A DNA stretch of 62,660 nt, counting the filler, from Thelocarpon superellum (Eukaryota), in assembly GCA_026025795.1 (NCBI GenBank). It is 5 parts of 5 records of this genome, joined end to end, with 100 filler letters (N's around TTAATTAATTAA, not from the genome) between each part and the next. Parts side by side here need not be neighbours in the genome. Positions count along the whole stretch, not along the records: positions 25,161 to 37,627 come from JAPEUG010000484.1; positions 37,728 to 50,148 come from JAPEUG010000485.1; 3 more parts are not named here. One strand, given 5' to 3'. Position numbers and translations under genes: made by a program. Position 1 is the stretch's first letter; every line of letters starts with the position of its first letter. The notes under the pieces were generated by a model, which worked only from the letters and a program-made list of their open reading frames with translations, had not been told where the DNA came from and did no database searches. Below are positions 35,424 to 46,856 of this stretch, piece by piece.

Positions 35424-36596
35424 ATGGCACGCGAGCATCATCATTCCTCATCGTCTCGAGCCAGTCCCTTGTCCAATACATCGCTCACGGACATGGAGAA
35501 GGAGATGGGGATACCGTCTTTCCGGAGTTTCGTGGCGTCGATGCCACCTGTCACCCCGCTGCAGAAGGCCCTTCCCGCGCTCCCTCCACCGAGGTCGCGC
35601 TCGTCGAGCGTCTACAGCCAAGATGGATGTGCCGACCCGCGGGGATCCAGCAGTAGTGACGAGGCCTCTTCTCCTCTGTCCACCAGTCGGCGTACGATCT
35701 CGTCCAGTGGCCCGGATCATTCGTCGGCGGCCACTCTGACGCTGCCTGATCGACGTGGATCGCCCCAGTCATCGGGTAGTGGTTCAAAGCGCAGGGCAGC
35801 AGACGAGGTCATGGAGATTGTGATGAAGAAGTCCTTGCGAGCGACGACGAAGAGGACGACCCTTGATCAAGACGATGCTTCCTACAGGCAGCGGCAGGAC
35901 CATTCAGGTCCACCGAGCCTGAATCTTTCGACGTCCATGGCGGAGCTGAAAATCGCTTCGCGACCGCCACAGCCGGCTCATACGAGGGATGAAGGTGAAT
36001 CGCTGTGTCCGCGCCACTTGAACATCAGTAAAACCTCCTTGCCCGAGCGCCCTGTCAGTCACTTCTCATCGCATTCGGATGACGAGGAGATTCCCGATCA
36101 TGTGGAGATCAAGCCATCGCTTCTCTCTTTCTTCCGGAAGCCTTCCGTGACCACTGGCAAGATGCCAAACTACCAGAGCCCAGCAACATCATTGAAGCGA
36201 CGGGCCCTCTTCAGTCCTATCTTCGTCCCAAAGAGGCCCCGAACCATGGTGGATCCGGGAGAGACGGGAGAGCCAACGGGGATCCGCTTTCAACTACCCA
36301 AGGCATCCTACCATCGGTCCACCCAAGGAGGTGCGAGTAGTCCACTCCCTCCGGAGACGACGGTCATCCTCCCCAGTAGCGCACGTCGGTATTCCGGACC
36401 CGCCACTCCCCATCCCTCCAGATCCAGTGCAGTGCAGCCGTCGCCCAGCGAACGGGCCATGTTTGCCTTCCAACGTGGGACGGCGGGGGTCAAGTCGGCG
36501 CTTCGCAGCGCCAAGACGAATTGCACCACGACTCCGGCCACGAAGCGGCGACAGGCGTTGAGACGGAGTATCAGGGTGGTCGGCGTGATCAAATAG
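35424..36596 (+). CDS. Hypothetical Ser/Pro-rich protein (390 aa)
   Basis: Long ATG-initiated ORF filling the space between PCD1 and AMS1. Short motifs KALPALP and C-terminal KRRQALRRSIRVVG. No domain recognised. Confidence 0.6.
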   Translation: MAREHHHSSSSRASPLSNTSLTDMEKEMGIPSFRSFVASMPPVTPLQKALPALPPPRSRSSSVYSQDGCADPRGSSSSDEASSPLSTSRRTISSSGPDHSSAATLTLPDRRGSPQSSGSGSKRRAADEVMEIVMKKSLRATTKRTTLDQDDASYRQRQDHSGPPSLNLSTSMAELKIASRPPQPAHTRDEGESLCPRHLNISKTSLPERPVSHFSSHSDDEEIPDHVEIKPSLLSFFRKPSVTTGKMPNYQSPATSLKRRALFSPIFVPKRPRTMVDPGETGEPTGIRFQLPKASYHRSTQGGASSPLPPETTVILPSSARRYSGPATPHPSRSSAVQPSPSERAMFAFQRGTAGVKSALRSAKTNCTTTPATKRRQALRRSIRVVGVIK

Positions 36597-37228
36597 TCGG
36601 TCCGGCTGGGCTGAAATGGGGCATCTGCGTGGGATTAGTCCGGGACACTGGGCGCAGGGTAGAAGCGTTGTAAGAAGAGCTAAGCCTTCTTCGAAATCGA
36701 CAAAGATCCCACAGGGCGTACTAATGTGACTAAACCATCTGGAAGAAAGCTTGAGATCGGTCGAGGGGAAGCGGAGTATGTCATGGTGCATGCAATCTAG
36801 TACTCGCACCGGTGTTTGACCTATCAATCGTCGGCAGAGGGACAGGTGGAGCTGCGCCTGTTCCGCCGACATGTCCCGGAGCCCCGCCACCATGACCCCT
36901 CGTCTCGTTCCCACCGGCGTCGGGGTTTCTCCCAGCGTCAACATATTTTGGGCAAAGGCATCCCATCATCCTCCGGTCTTTACGGTCGCTTCCGCCGTTG
37001 TATCCGTACTTTTGGGCTCCCGATGGCCTCGTAAGTTGAGCTCTCCATTCTCTGTCCCTGTCTTGTGGCCGGGGTCGACCTTTCGTCGCCCGCCCTTCGC
37101 GTAGTGGGAGGGGCAACTACTCGCAACTAGCGAGCGGTGACCGGCCAACCGCCCGCGCCCGTGTGATCGAGCTACTGGTGGTGGTGCGGAGGGCCATCCG
37201 AGCTGTTTCAAGAGGCCATGAAGCTCTC

Positions 37229-37285
37229 TCCTCCTCCTCCTCCTCCTCCTCCTCCTCCTCCTCCTCCTCCTCCTCCTCCTCCTCC
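37229..37285. repeat. (TCC)19 microsatellite upstream of AMS1
   Basis: Read directly from the sequence. Confidence 0.92.
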
Positions 37286-37446
37286 CCCTCTACCCGTACT
37301 TCATCTTCTTCATTGAGTGACGGACATACCTCGGTCGAGAGAATCTGCAACCAAGCTTTGGAGGATTGTGTTGATACCGGAACAGCAACAGCATCCTCCC
37401 GCAACAACCACTTATCGCGGCCAAGTCAGCCGTGCAAGCCGTCGTC

Positions 37447-37627
37447 ATGGGCGGCGACACCAAGACCAACCCGCCCAGCACCTACCCCAAGATGTCGGCC
37501 GGTCCGGTAGGCCAGCACATCAAGAGCATCTACCGTGACCGCTTGGGCCAGTTCACCGGCGGGGGTCAATATGAGAAAAAGAACCTATTGGCGTATGATG
37601 CACGCTGCGGTACATGCTCCGAACAGG
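37447..37627 (+). CDS. AMS1: Vacuolar alpha-mannosidase (GH38) first exon, truncated at spacer
   Basis: MGGD..YPKMSAGPVGQHIKSIYRDRLGQFTGGGQYEKKNL resembles the N-terminus of fungal Ams1. Donor gtatga at about 37592. Confidence 0.7.
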
Positions 37628-37727
37628 NNNNNNNNNNNNNNNNNNNNNNNNNNNNNNNNNNNNNNNNNNNNTTAATTAATTAANNNNNNNNNNNNNNNNN
37701 NNNNNNNNNNNNNNNNNNNNNNNNNNN
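37628..37727. other. Artificial contig spacer
   Basis: N44-TTAATTAATTAA-N44. Confidence 0.98.
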
Positions 37728-38317
37728 CAGCGAGGCCCATCGCCAAGGTCCGGGCACGGTAGAATCGAAAGATGCACGCAGTGGGTCAAGGCACCAGCGT
37801 CTCGGCTTGGCTAGCGAGTCTCGCCGATCATACCGTCCCGGCCTAGAAGTGGGGTACCGTTCATGGCGGGGTTGTCGTTGGCGGGTTGTCGTTGGCGATC
37901 AAAGGTGTAGGTGCGAGGGGCACACTTTTTGCCCGACCGCCGGCGATTGTGGAAAATGCGAGTCCGCCGTGTCGCTTCACGGGAAATCGATCCATGGTGC
38001 GCCGGTCGCTAGGACACGGATCCTCGCGTAGCGCTCGTCTTTCGGTCCGCGTCTAAAACACCGCCGGCAGAAGCGCTTAAAGGTACGAGTATTCGTTAGG
38101 CTTCCCGCACCTGTAGCCCGACAACTGAGCGGAGTTGAAGGGCAACGTCACCATAGGAAAGTACGAGCCGCACAAGCCTGACGGCGGACCAAGTGGGTTC
38201 AACAACCGGACAGTCGGGCACACGGCACGGCACAGCTCTGCACGCGTGTGATCCTTCCACTATGATGTCCTCACACGGGATGGTCGGCCGACGTCGCAGT
38301 GATGCCTAAGTGGGAAG

Positions 38318-41300
38318 ATGTTCATCAACGTCTTGTTGAGGGAGCACCCGCACCGGGCCATCGCTCTGGTGACCGAGACCCACGCCCTGATCTTTCGGCA
38401 CAGTCCATCCACGGTCGAGTCGGCGGCCAATGGCTCCATCGCGGCCGTCTCGCTGGCGCTGGCGCCGGCCCCGGCTCAGGGAGCGGCCGTGGTGGAGCCA
38501 CGATGCATCGCCGAGTTCAGCGGTCTTGATGCGGTGGACTTGAGCGACTACCGCCCGCTATCCCTGATTCCGGTGCAAGGCACTTTGGGCTTGATCACGG
38601 TCAACGGCGACGTCTTTCTGTGTGTCGTCAGCGGAGCTTCGAGAGTGGCCACCGTGCGCCCAGGAGAGACGGTGCAGCGGATCAATGCGGTCGAGTTTTG
38701 TGAGCGAGGCATGTCCGTCGGCCGATCAAGCATGGCTGACGAGGGCAAATAGACTGCCTGAACAGCGCAGAGTATGACCAAGTCGCGGTGGATGAGTTCA
38801 ACTACTACCCGGCCGAGGAGGCGTCACGAGAAGGGGTGGAGCATCCGTGTCTTCCACTGCGGAAGTTGCTCGCAGGCGGCACCTTCTACTACAGCACCGA
38901 CTTTGACTTGACCAACCGCTTGCAGGACCGGTCCGCCGAGAACGCCATCTTCGATATTGACAACCTCGACGAGAGCTTCCTGTGGAACTCGTACATGATC
39001 GGCCCCCTGGTCAAGTTCCGCGCACACCTCTCGGGGCCAGAGCGGGATGCCCTCGATGCCTCCCAGATCCTGACGTCGGCCATCCGGGGCTTTGCCATGA
39101 CAATCACGGTGCCTTCGTCGACCGCCCCAATCCCGGCGTCGCGGGCCGGTCTGCCGAGCATGTTGACCGTCATCTCCCGATTGTCATGCCGACGGGCGGG
39201 CACACGATTCAACGCGCGTGGGATCGACGACGATGGAAACGTGGCCAACTTCGTCGAGACCGAGACGGTGTACTGGTCGCCGGCCGGCGTCTGCTTCTCC
39301 TACGCACAGATCCGGGGGTCGGTCCCGGTGTTCTGGGAGCAGGCGACGGGACTCCTGCCGGGTCAGCAGAAGATCTCCATCACCAGATCTCCCGAGGCCA
39401 CCCAGCCGGCGTTTGACAAGCACTTTGCGGGACTAGAGGTTGAATACGGCGCTGTCCACGTCTTGAATCTCCTGAGCGAGTCGAAACCGGGCGAGGCAGA
39501 GCTCACTGAACGCTATCGCCGGCACGTTCGCGCTAGCCCGTTGAACCGTGCGGCAGAGCAGCGGACGTCGCCCGATCACCAGCTCCTGAAGCAGACCGAC
39601 TACGACTTTCATGCGGAGACGCGTGGACCGGGCGGCTATGAAGCCGCCGGACTGGTGCGGAACTTGATCGAGCCCGCCGCCCGCGGCTTTGCCTACTACA
39701 TGGAGCAAGGCGACGGTCCGCCGTCGGCACCGACCCGAGGACCCAGTGCTCCCCATCAACGTCCGGTGGCCGTTTTGCAGCAGGAGGGTGTCTTTCGGAC
39801 CAACTGCCTGGACTGCCTCGATCGGACAAACCTGATCCAGACCATCATCTCGCAGATGGCCCTCGAGCTCTTCCTCGGACACGTGGGAAAGCGGGCGTCG
39901 GCCGACTTCTTAATGAGGCATAACACCTTGTGGGCCGACAATGGCGACGCCTTGTCGAAGATCTACGCCGGCACGGGCGCGCTCAAATCCTCCTTCACCC
40001 GCCACGGGAAGCTTTCCTTGGCGGGGGCGCTCGCCGATGCGCGAAAGAGCGCCACTCGCATGTACATCAACAACTTTGCCGACAAGGGCCGGCAGAACAC
40101 CATGGACATGTTACTCGGGCGCCTGATGGGCCAAGCGTCCGTGCACCTGTACGACCCGATCAATGATTTCGTCACGGCTGAGTTGAGCAAGAGATCTGCC
40201 GAGTACTCTGCCTCGCGAACCATCCGGATCTGGGCCGGCACGTTTAATCTCAACGGGCGCGCGACGGGGTTGGGTGAAGATCTGTCACCATGGCTCTGTC
40301 CCGAGATTGAAAAGGCCCAGCGAGATCCCGAGATCGTGGCCGCAGGATTCCAGGAGATTGTTGAGCTCAGCCCGCAGCAGATCATGTCGACGGATCCGGG
40401 AATCCGACAGGCATGGGACACGGCGGTGAAGCGGACGTTGAATGAAGACGCCCAGCGACGTGGGGCCGAACGCTATGTTCTGCTGCGGAGCGGACAGCTC
40501 GTCGGGGCGGCGCTCTCCATCTTCGTCAAAGAGACGGTGCTCGCGGACATCAAGAACGTGGAGGGGAGCGTGAAGAAGACGGGCCTGTCTGGGATGGCGG
40601 GCAATAAAGGGGCGGTGGCGATTCGGATGGACTACGCCAACACGCGGATCTGCTTCATCACGGCCCACCTGGCGGCGGGCTTCGCCAACTACGAGGAACG
40701 CAACCGCGACTACCAAACGATCAGCCATGGGCTGCGGTTTCAGCGGAACCGGTCGATCGAGGACCACGACACCGTCATCTGGCTGGGGGACTTCAACTAC
40801 CGCATCGGCTTGGGCGATGAGAAAGTGCGGCGTCTGATCCAGACGAGGGACCTCGACACCCTCTACGAGAATGACCAGCTGAATCTACAGATGGTGGCGG
40901 GTTTGACCTTTCCCTACTACTCCGAGGCACGAATCACATTCGCGCCAACGTACAAGTACGATAATGGAAGCGACTCATATGATACCTCGGAGAAGTCACG
41001 CATCCCCGCATGGTGTGACCGGATCCTCCGCAAAGGGACGAACCTCCGACAATTGAGCTACAACACGGCGCCGCTGCGCTTCTCCGATCATCGACCCGTC
41101 TACGCGACGTTTCAATGCGCGGTCAGTGTCATCAACGAGGGCGTCAAGGCAAAGCTGAGTCGCCAGATCTACGACCGTCGCCGAGATGAGATCAAAGGTG
41201 CCACGGCGAACGACCCGACGGATGAGACGGACGACGAGGACCTCATCGGCTATGACGCCATCAGTCCCGCTCTCCCACCCGCGAGCTCTGATCGACGTAA

Positions 41301-42264
41301 ATGGTGGCTGGACAACGGTCTTCCCGTCCGCTCGGAGGTCAAGCCACCGACCGGGCAACTGACGGCGAATCCGCATCGACCTTCCAACCCCTTTGGCCCC
41401 ACGCACGAGGCCGACTGGGTACACGCTTCCAACGGACTCCCATACCAGGGCCGACCCAAACAGACAGGGCCGCCCCAAGGTGCACCACCAACCAACGGAA
41501 CTCGGCGGAGGATTGCGCCACCACCACCGCCGCCACCACTCACCGCATCATCGACGGGCCCCCGCCTCTCATCCAACCCACATCCCCTCGAGGAGCGCCC
41601 GGCACCACCCCCGCGGCCCCTCGCCCACAGCAGCACGGGGCCCCTCTCACCCACCAGAGACTCGTCACGAAAGTCTCGGCCCCCAGTTCCCCGAAAACCC
41701 GTCCGCTTGAGCTCAGACGGGGACACGGAGGACAAACAGCGCCGAAGCGGCAACAGTCCCGACTCATCCCGTGTCGTCTCGTCCGCTGCATCTCCCGTAT
41801 CCGCTTCCGCTTCCGCTTCCGCTTCCGCTTCCGCTTCCGCTTCCGCATCCTCACATGCACACGCAGCTGCGCCTACCTTGCCCCCTGCTCCGCGCCGATC
41901 CATCAGCTCATCCCACCGCACCGTTCCACCTGCTTCAACGACGACAACTATCCAGACGACGGCTCAGGCGCACACGCTGCGTAAACCGCGACGACCGGAC
42001 CCGCCGGGACCCGTCTTACCGCCTCGCACGACGTCTATTTCGACGCCTTATGATACGTCCCCACTGGCCACGACGAGATTGGGAGAACCGACGATACCGG
42101 TCAAAGCAGAAGCAGCAGGAGGCGGTGATGGTGGTGGTGGTGCGGGAAGAGTAGGGGGAGGATGGGGAGGAGGGGGAGGAGGTAAAGAACCCATCGACCT
42201 GATGGACGATGTTGATTCCGCTTCTGGATCTCTTGGTTCTTGGATGCCCCTAAGACCTGCTTGA
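38318..42264 (+). CDS. Synaptojanin-like phosphoinositide phosphatase (Sac1 domain + 5-phosphatase + Pro-rich tail; Inp52/Inp53 type)
   Basis: RAGTRFNARGIDDDGNVANFVETE, RTNCLDCLDRTN (Sac1 CX5R), GNKGAV, WLGDFNYRI, PAWCDRIL, SDHRPV. One intron at about 38700-38751. Confidence 0.95.
41803..41850 (+). repeat. (GCTTCC)7 coding repeat giving poly-(Ala-Ser) in the synaptojanin tail
   Basis: Read directly from the sequence. Confidence 0.9.
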
Positions 42265-42551
42265 TCTCTACTTTACGATGTAGGATGTGGATACGAATGA
42301 CGCTAACTAGAGTCCTGTACCTAGTGATACTTTGAGCGATGCCTGGATGATAATTCATACAAAACGTCCTCCTCCCCAACCACTGGACCGCCGTGATCAT
42401 TATCATCATTCCGGCGCTGTCCTTTCCCCCTTTGCCGTGACGTACCATATTATATCCGCAGCGCGTGCTATACAACATCCATCCTACGCTCGAAAGCCCA
42501 ATTATACTCCCTCGCTCGACATCATCCACGTATATCGCTACGCGCATCCCA

Positions 42552-43328
42552 TCAGCGATAGTATTCACGCCGTCGTCCGTGCTCATCGAATACCACCACG
42601 CGTTCTCTCGTCTTCTCTCGCTTCAAGTCCCCTTTGTTCCGCGCGTCCTCGGGTGCATCTCCTCGCTCCCCTCCCGCTGCCATTGCTTCGGCGCCGTTCT
42701 CGCCCATTCCAGGGACGTCGTCTCGTAAGGACATTGTGATGGTGACGTTGCTGGATCGGCTCCCGGCCACGCTGGTGCTGGACCCGTATCGCTGATGTCT
42801 CGCACGGCGGGGCGCGGACGTCGCGGTGATGGTGGAGTAGATGATGCTGCCGCCGTCGCCGTCTGCGTCCGACGCATGCGGGTGGTGGTGCACAGAAGCA
42901 CGGCAGACGCTCGGGATGGAGGTGTTGCTGGCGCTGACTCCTCGGGGTCTCTTTCGGCTCCCTTCTCTCTGTATCGTATGTGGTGATGAGGTCGGGCGTG
43001 GTGGGGAAGCAGGTGGAGTCAGGACCTGTATTGTCGGCATCGGCGTGGATTGAGGGGGTGCCGCAGCGCTCGGTATGTCTCCAGCCACAACCCGCTCGTT
43101 CGCTTCGGGGACGACACTTCGAGTCGGTAGCGGGGCGACGGGGAGAGGGATGGAGGCCCCAATTGGCGTGCCGCTGGGAGACAGGACCCGTTCGGTAGCA
43201 TTCGGCTGAGAGGCAGAGGCGGAGGCCGATGCTCGCGACGAATTGCGTTGAGCCGGCTCGAGGGGGACGATGCGGTTCGCGACCACCGGCTCTTCTTCAC
43301 GAGCCGGGCGGACGCGGATGAAGCACAT
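42552..43328 (-). CDS. Hypothetical protein (258 aa), disordered
   Basis: ATG in good context (TAAATG). Distinctive termini MCFIRV..EEEPVV and RERVVVFDEHGRRREYYR*. Confidence 0.6.
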   Translation of the reverse strand: MCFIRVRPAREEEPVVANRIVPLEPAQRNSSRASASASASQPNATERVLSPSGTPIGASIPLPVAPLPTRSVVPEANERVVAGDIPSAAAPPQSTPMPTIQVLTPPASPPRPTSSPHTIQREGSRKRPRGVSASNTSIPSVCRASVHHHPHASDADGDGGSIIYSTITATSAPRRARHQRYGSSTSVAGSRSSNVTITMSLRDDVPGMGENGAEAMAAGGERGDAPEDARNKGDLKREKTRERVVVFDEHGRRREYYR

Positions 43329-43913
43329 TTATCATCCCTTCGTCCGTCCTCCGCCTGAGGCCTGTGGATCCGGAGAGGTGATTGAGCGGTGGGAGCGGGG
43401 GCAGGGTCAGCTACCGAAGCTTCATCGGCAGTGCCGTGTTGAGGAATCCTAACAGAACGTCAAAGCAGACGAGATGCCATCAATCGCTCAAGTCCCTATC
43501 TCGATCATGATGGAGAGAGCAACGGAGCGAAGGCCGCTGCGAGATTGTCTCCCGTCGTGGTGGGGGCGGTGATTGACTCTGTTGCGTGCTTTTGCTACCA
43601 TCCCGAATGAGAAGAGCTCGGGGAGCTTGGCGATTAGAAAAGTCATGTGATGCTGCCACGATAAATGGCTGGTGCACACAATCCCGCTTGCCGAAGCATC
43701 CTCGCCGTGTTTTGCGAGTCATGGCTGTCATTGGTCCGCTGCTCGAATGCCTTCGATAGAGTATGTCAGTCCATAGTTGAATGACTGACGGCCAAGCGCC
43801 AACGCAGCGAGCATAGCCTCGCCGTGGGGTAGCATTCAAGCCATGGCCACACCCCGAACCCCAAGGGCCCAGCACCCTAAACATCAGCGACGGTCGTTGG
43901 CAAGGAGCTGGTG

Positions 43914-46856
43914 ATGACGATGGCTCATGGCATGAGCAACACTGGGTACTCGGGCAGAACGGATCTCGGCAATGGGCTCATCGTCCAAGGTTCCCAGAAC
44001 GCGGGCGGAAACATCACCTTCAGTAACTCTTACCTTTTGCTCAAGAGATTTGGGGCGTTCGTGTCTGATATTGAAGGGTAGACTACAACACCAACCGGGA
44101 TCGAGAAGACGAGGTTCTCGATGGTGTCTCTCTTTGAACTTCACGCAACGCCAAGTCGATATCTTCAATGATCACGAGCCCGCAACGGGGGACTGGTTCT
44201 TGCAAGATGAGAAGTTCCGTCGATGGCGAGATGGACAAGGAGAGCGGATGTTGTGGTGTCCGGGCATGCCAGGCGCAGGCAGACGATCATGACCTCACTC
44301 GCCGGCGACCATTTGAGAAAGCATTTCCCGCTGGACAAGGTTGCCATTGCCTTTATCTACTGCGACTACAACGCGGCAGATCGGACCGCGACGAACCTGA
44401 TCGCCAGCCTCTTGAAGCAACTAGCTCAGCAAGCTTCCCTTCAAGAGAGGCGCCTGCCGGATCAGATCGCAACGATGTACGAGACCCACTTGAAGATGAA
44501 AACTTGGCCAAATATGCAAGAATCTCTCCGCGGGTTGCGTCATGTCGTTGATTTCTTCGAACAGGCATTCTTCATCGTGGATGCTTTGGATGAGTGTCGA
44601 ACCCAGGAAGGCGTCCGAGCGTCCCTGATTCGGGCCATCATCGAGCTCTCTGCCGACATCAACGTGATGGTCACATCGCGGATGGGAAGCGCGGACATCG
44701 AGCAGGAGCTTGCGTCCCATCCGACCCTCGAGATCTATGCGCAGAGCGATGATATCCGACGTTATCTTGACGCCCACATTGAAGAGGGCGGCTCTGCCCT
44801 GGCCGAGATTGCCTATGAAGATGCGGGATTTCGGAAAGAAATGTTGGACACGTTGATACGAAACTCTCAAGGAATGTGAGTTTCAATGCGAATGTGACTG
44901 GAATGCTCCATGTTAACCCCGGCCCTAGGTGCCTTCTGCCTCGACTCCACCTCGATGCCCTCGCCCAAGAGTACAGCAAAGCCGAGATCCGCAAGGCGTT
45001 GAAATCGCTACCAAGGGACATCATCACACGTTACGAGATGACTTTCCAACGGATTCAAGACCAACGGCAAGGCTTCCGATTGGCCCGTGACGTGTTAACC
45101 TGGGTCTGCTTCGCGGCACGGCAGCTGACTATGGAAGAGTTGCGCCATGCACTCGCGACCCGTGCTGGATCGGTGACTCTGGATACGGAAGCGTTGCCTC
45201 GGCCCCGCTCTATCCGCTCTCTCTGCATTGGACTGGTCACTGCGAAGAGAAAAGCCAGCTGGTCCGATTTGTTCACGAGACAACTCCGTCATTCTTCCGC
45301 GAGAGCCACCCTTATCTCCTTCCCGCCTTGCATTGACATGTCTCATGTACCTTTCGCAAGATGCCTTCGCCTCTGAGCCATGTTCAGACCCCAAAACACC
45401 GAGAGCTCAGGTAAAGCGATACCCATTCTTCAATCATGCCTCGAACCACTGGGATATCCTTGTTCGCGAGAGCGCAGCGCACGACGCTGAAGGTCCAAAT
45501 CCGCAATTTCTGAGAACCGGGCCAAAAGTATCATTTTCCATCAAAGTAAAGAATCGCTCAAGCCTGTTTGGATCGATGATCCCCACATTCCCTCAGTCTG
45601 CGTTGCAGCTTGCTGCACGCTTTGGCTTCCCAAAAACAATCAAGGTGCTTCTGCGCGGCGAGCGAGATGCCACAGAAGATGTCAATGCGACTGACAGGAT
45701 TGGCGAGACAGCGCTGCTGAAGGCATCAAGAAATGGTTACTTGGAGGTCGGTGGTGTGCTGCTGAGCGCTGGCGCAGCGGTTGATAGGAGCTCATATCAT
45801 TTGACCGCACTAAATGCCGCTGCCGAAGGAGGCCACGTTGACGTGGTTGAGGCACTGCTAGCTGCTGGTGCAGCTTTAGAGAAAGCTGATATACGGGAGC
45901 GGACCCCACTGCATTGGGCAGCGATTCGTGGCCACGTGAAGGTCGTGGAAAAGCTGCTGGCTGCTGGGGCGGCGGTTGATGCGACCAACCAAGATGGGGA
46001 TAACGCGCTGCATGGAGTAGCCTTCGCCGCGAACGTGGAGATTATGGGTAGGCTAATAGACGCTGGGGCAGCTGTGGATGTGTTCGATGGAAGAGGGAGG
46101 ACTCCGCTCCATATCGCAGTGCACACAAAGGTCGCCGAGGCGGTAACACGCCTGTTGGAGACGGGAGCAACGATTAATCTGGCTGATGCAGATAGACGGA
46201 CGCCGCTGCACGGCGCAGTCAGCGGTGGAGTTGAGGAATCGGTGAAGGCGCTTCTCAAGGGAGGGGCAGCCATTGATGCAGTCGATCCGGACAAAGAGAC
46301 CGCTCTTTACAAGGCAGTGGCTTACGAACGATTTAACATGCCTCTGATCCTGCTAGAGGCTGGGGCAGCTCCAGATGTGGCTGAAGGACACGGGTACACT
46401 GCGCTGATGTCGGCCACTCACTCCAGGAAGAGCCCAACGTGGGTGATGGCGAGGCTGCTAGATGCCGGGGCAGACGTGAACATGGCTAGTGATGAGGGAC
46501 TGACGTCGCTACACTCGGCAGCGAAGGGGGGCAATCCCGAGAAAGTGAAGGTGCTGCTCGCTCGAGGGGCCAACGGTCCAGCGCCTCGCTCGGACGGTTA
46601 CACGGCACTCCATCTGGCTACAGTGAGCGGGAGCGAGCAGGTTGGGAGGCAGCTAATGGTCGCTGGGGCGGATGTCGACAGAAGAGATGGATCTGGCGAG
46701 ACGGCTGACCAGATTGGTGCGAGACCGGGCCGCCACGATCTGGCGAGGGTTCTGCAGCAGGCCTCGAAAACATCCAAGCGACGCGCGGGGGGATCGAAGC
46801 CGGAAGCCAGGCAGAAGGCGCGGGTGAAACGAGACGACCTGCCGACGGAACACTGA
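43914..46856 (+). pseudogene. Fungal NLR (short N-terminal motif - NACHT - winged helix - about 11 ankyrin repeats) with about 4 frameshifts
   Basis: LNFTQRQVDIF..TGDWFL..WCPGMPGAG/(K)TIMTS (Walker A broken at about 44281), FFIVDALDEC (Walker B), LTWVCFAARQLTMEELRHAL, LVRFVHET, CLMYLS, YPFFNHASNHW, then repeated TPLHxA..G..LLxAGAxVD. Introns 44023-44081 and 44876-44928. Shifts near 44122, 44281, 45245 and 45320. Confidence 0.88.

Noticed and set aside
12587..37627. Two mannosidases (GH125 and GH38) as a possible glycan cluster; also ERG8 with the Upc2-like factor as a sterol cluster
   Set aside because: The genes lie on different, unlinked contigs.
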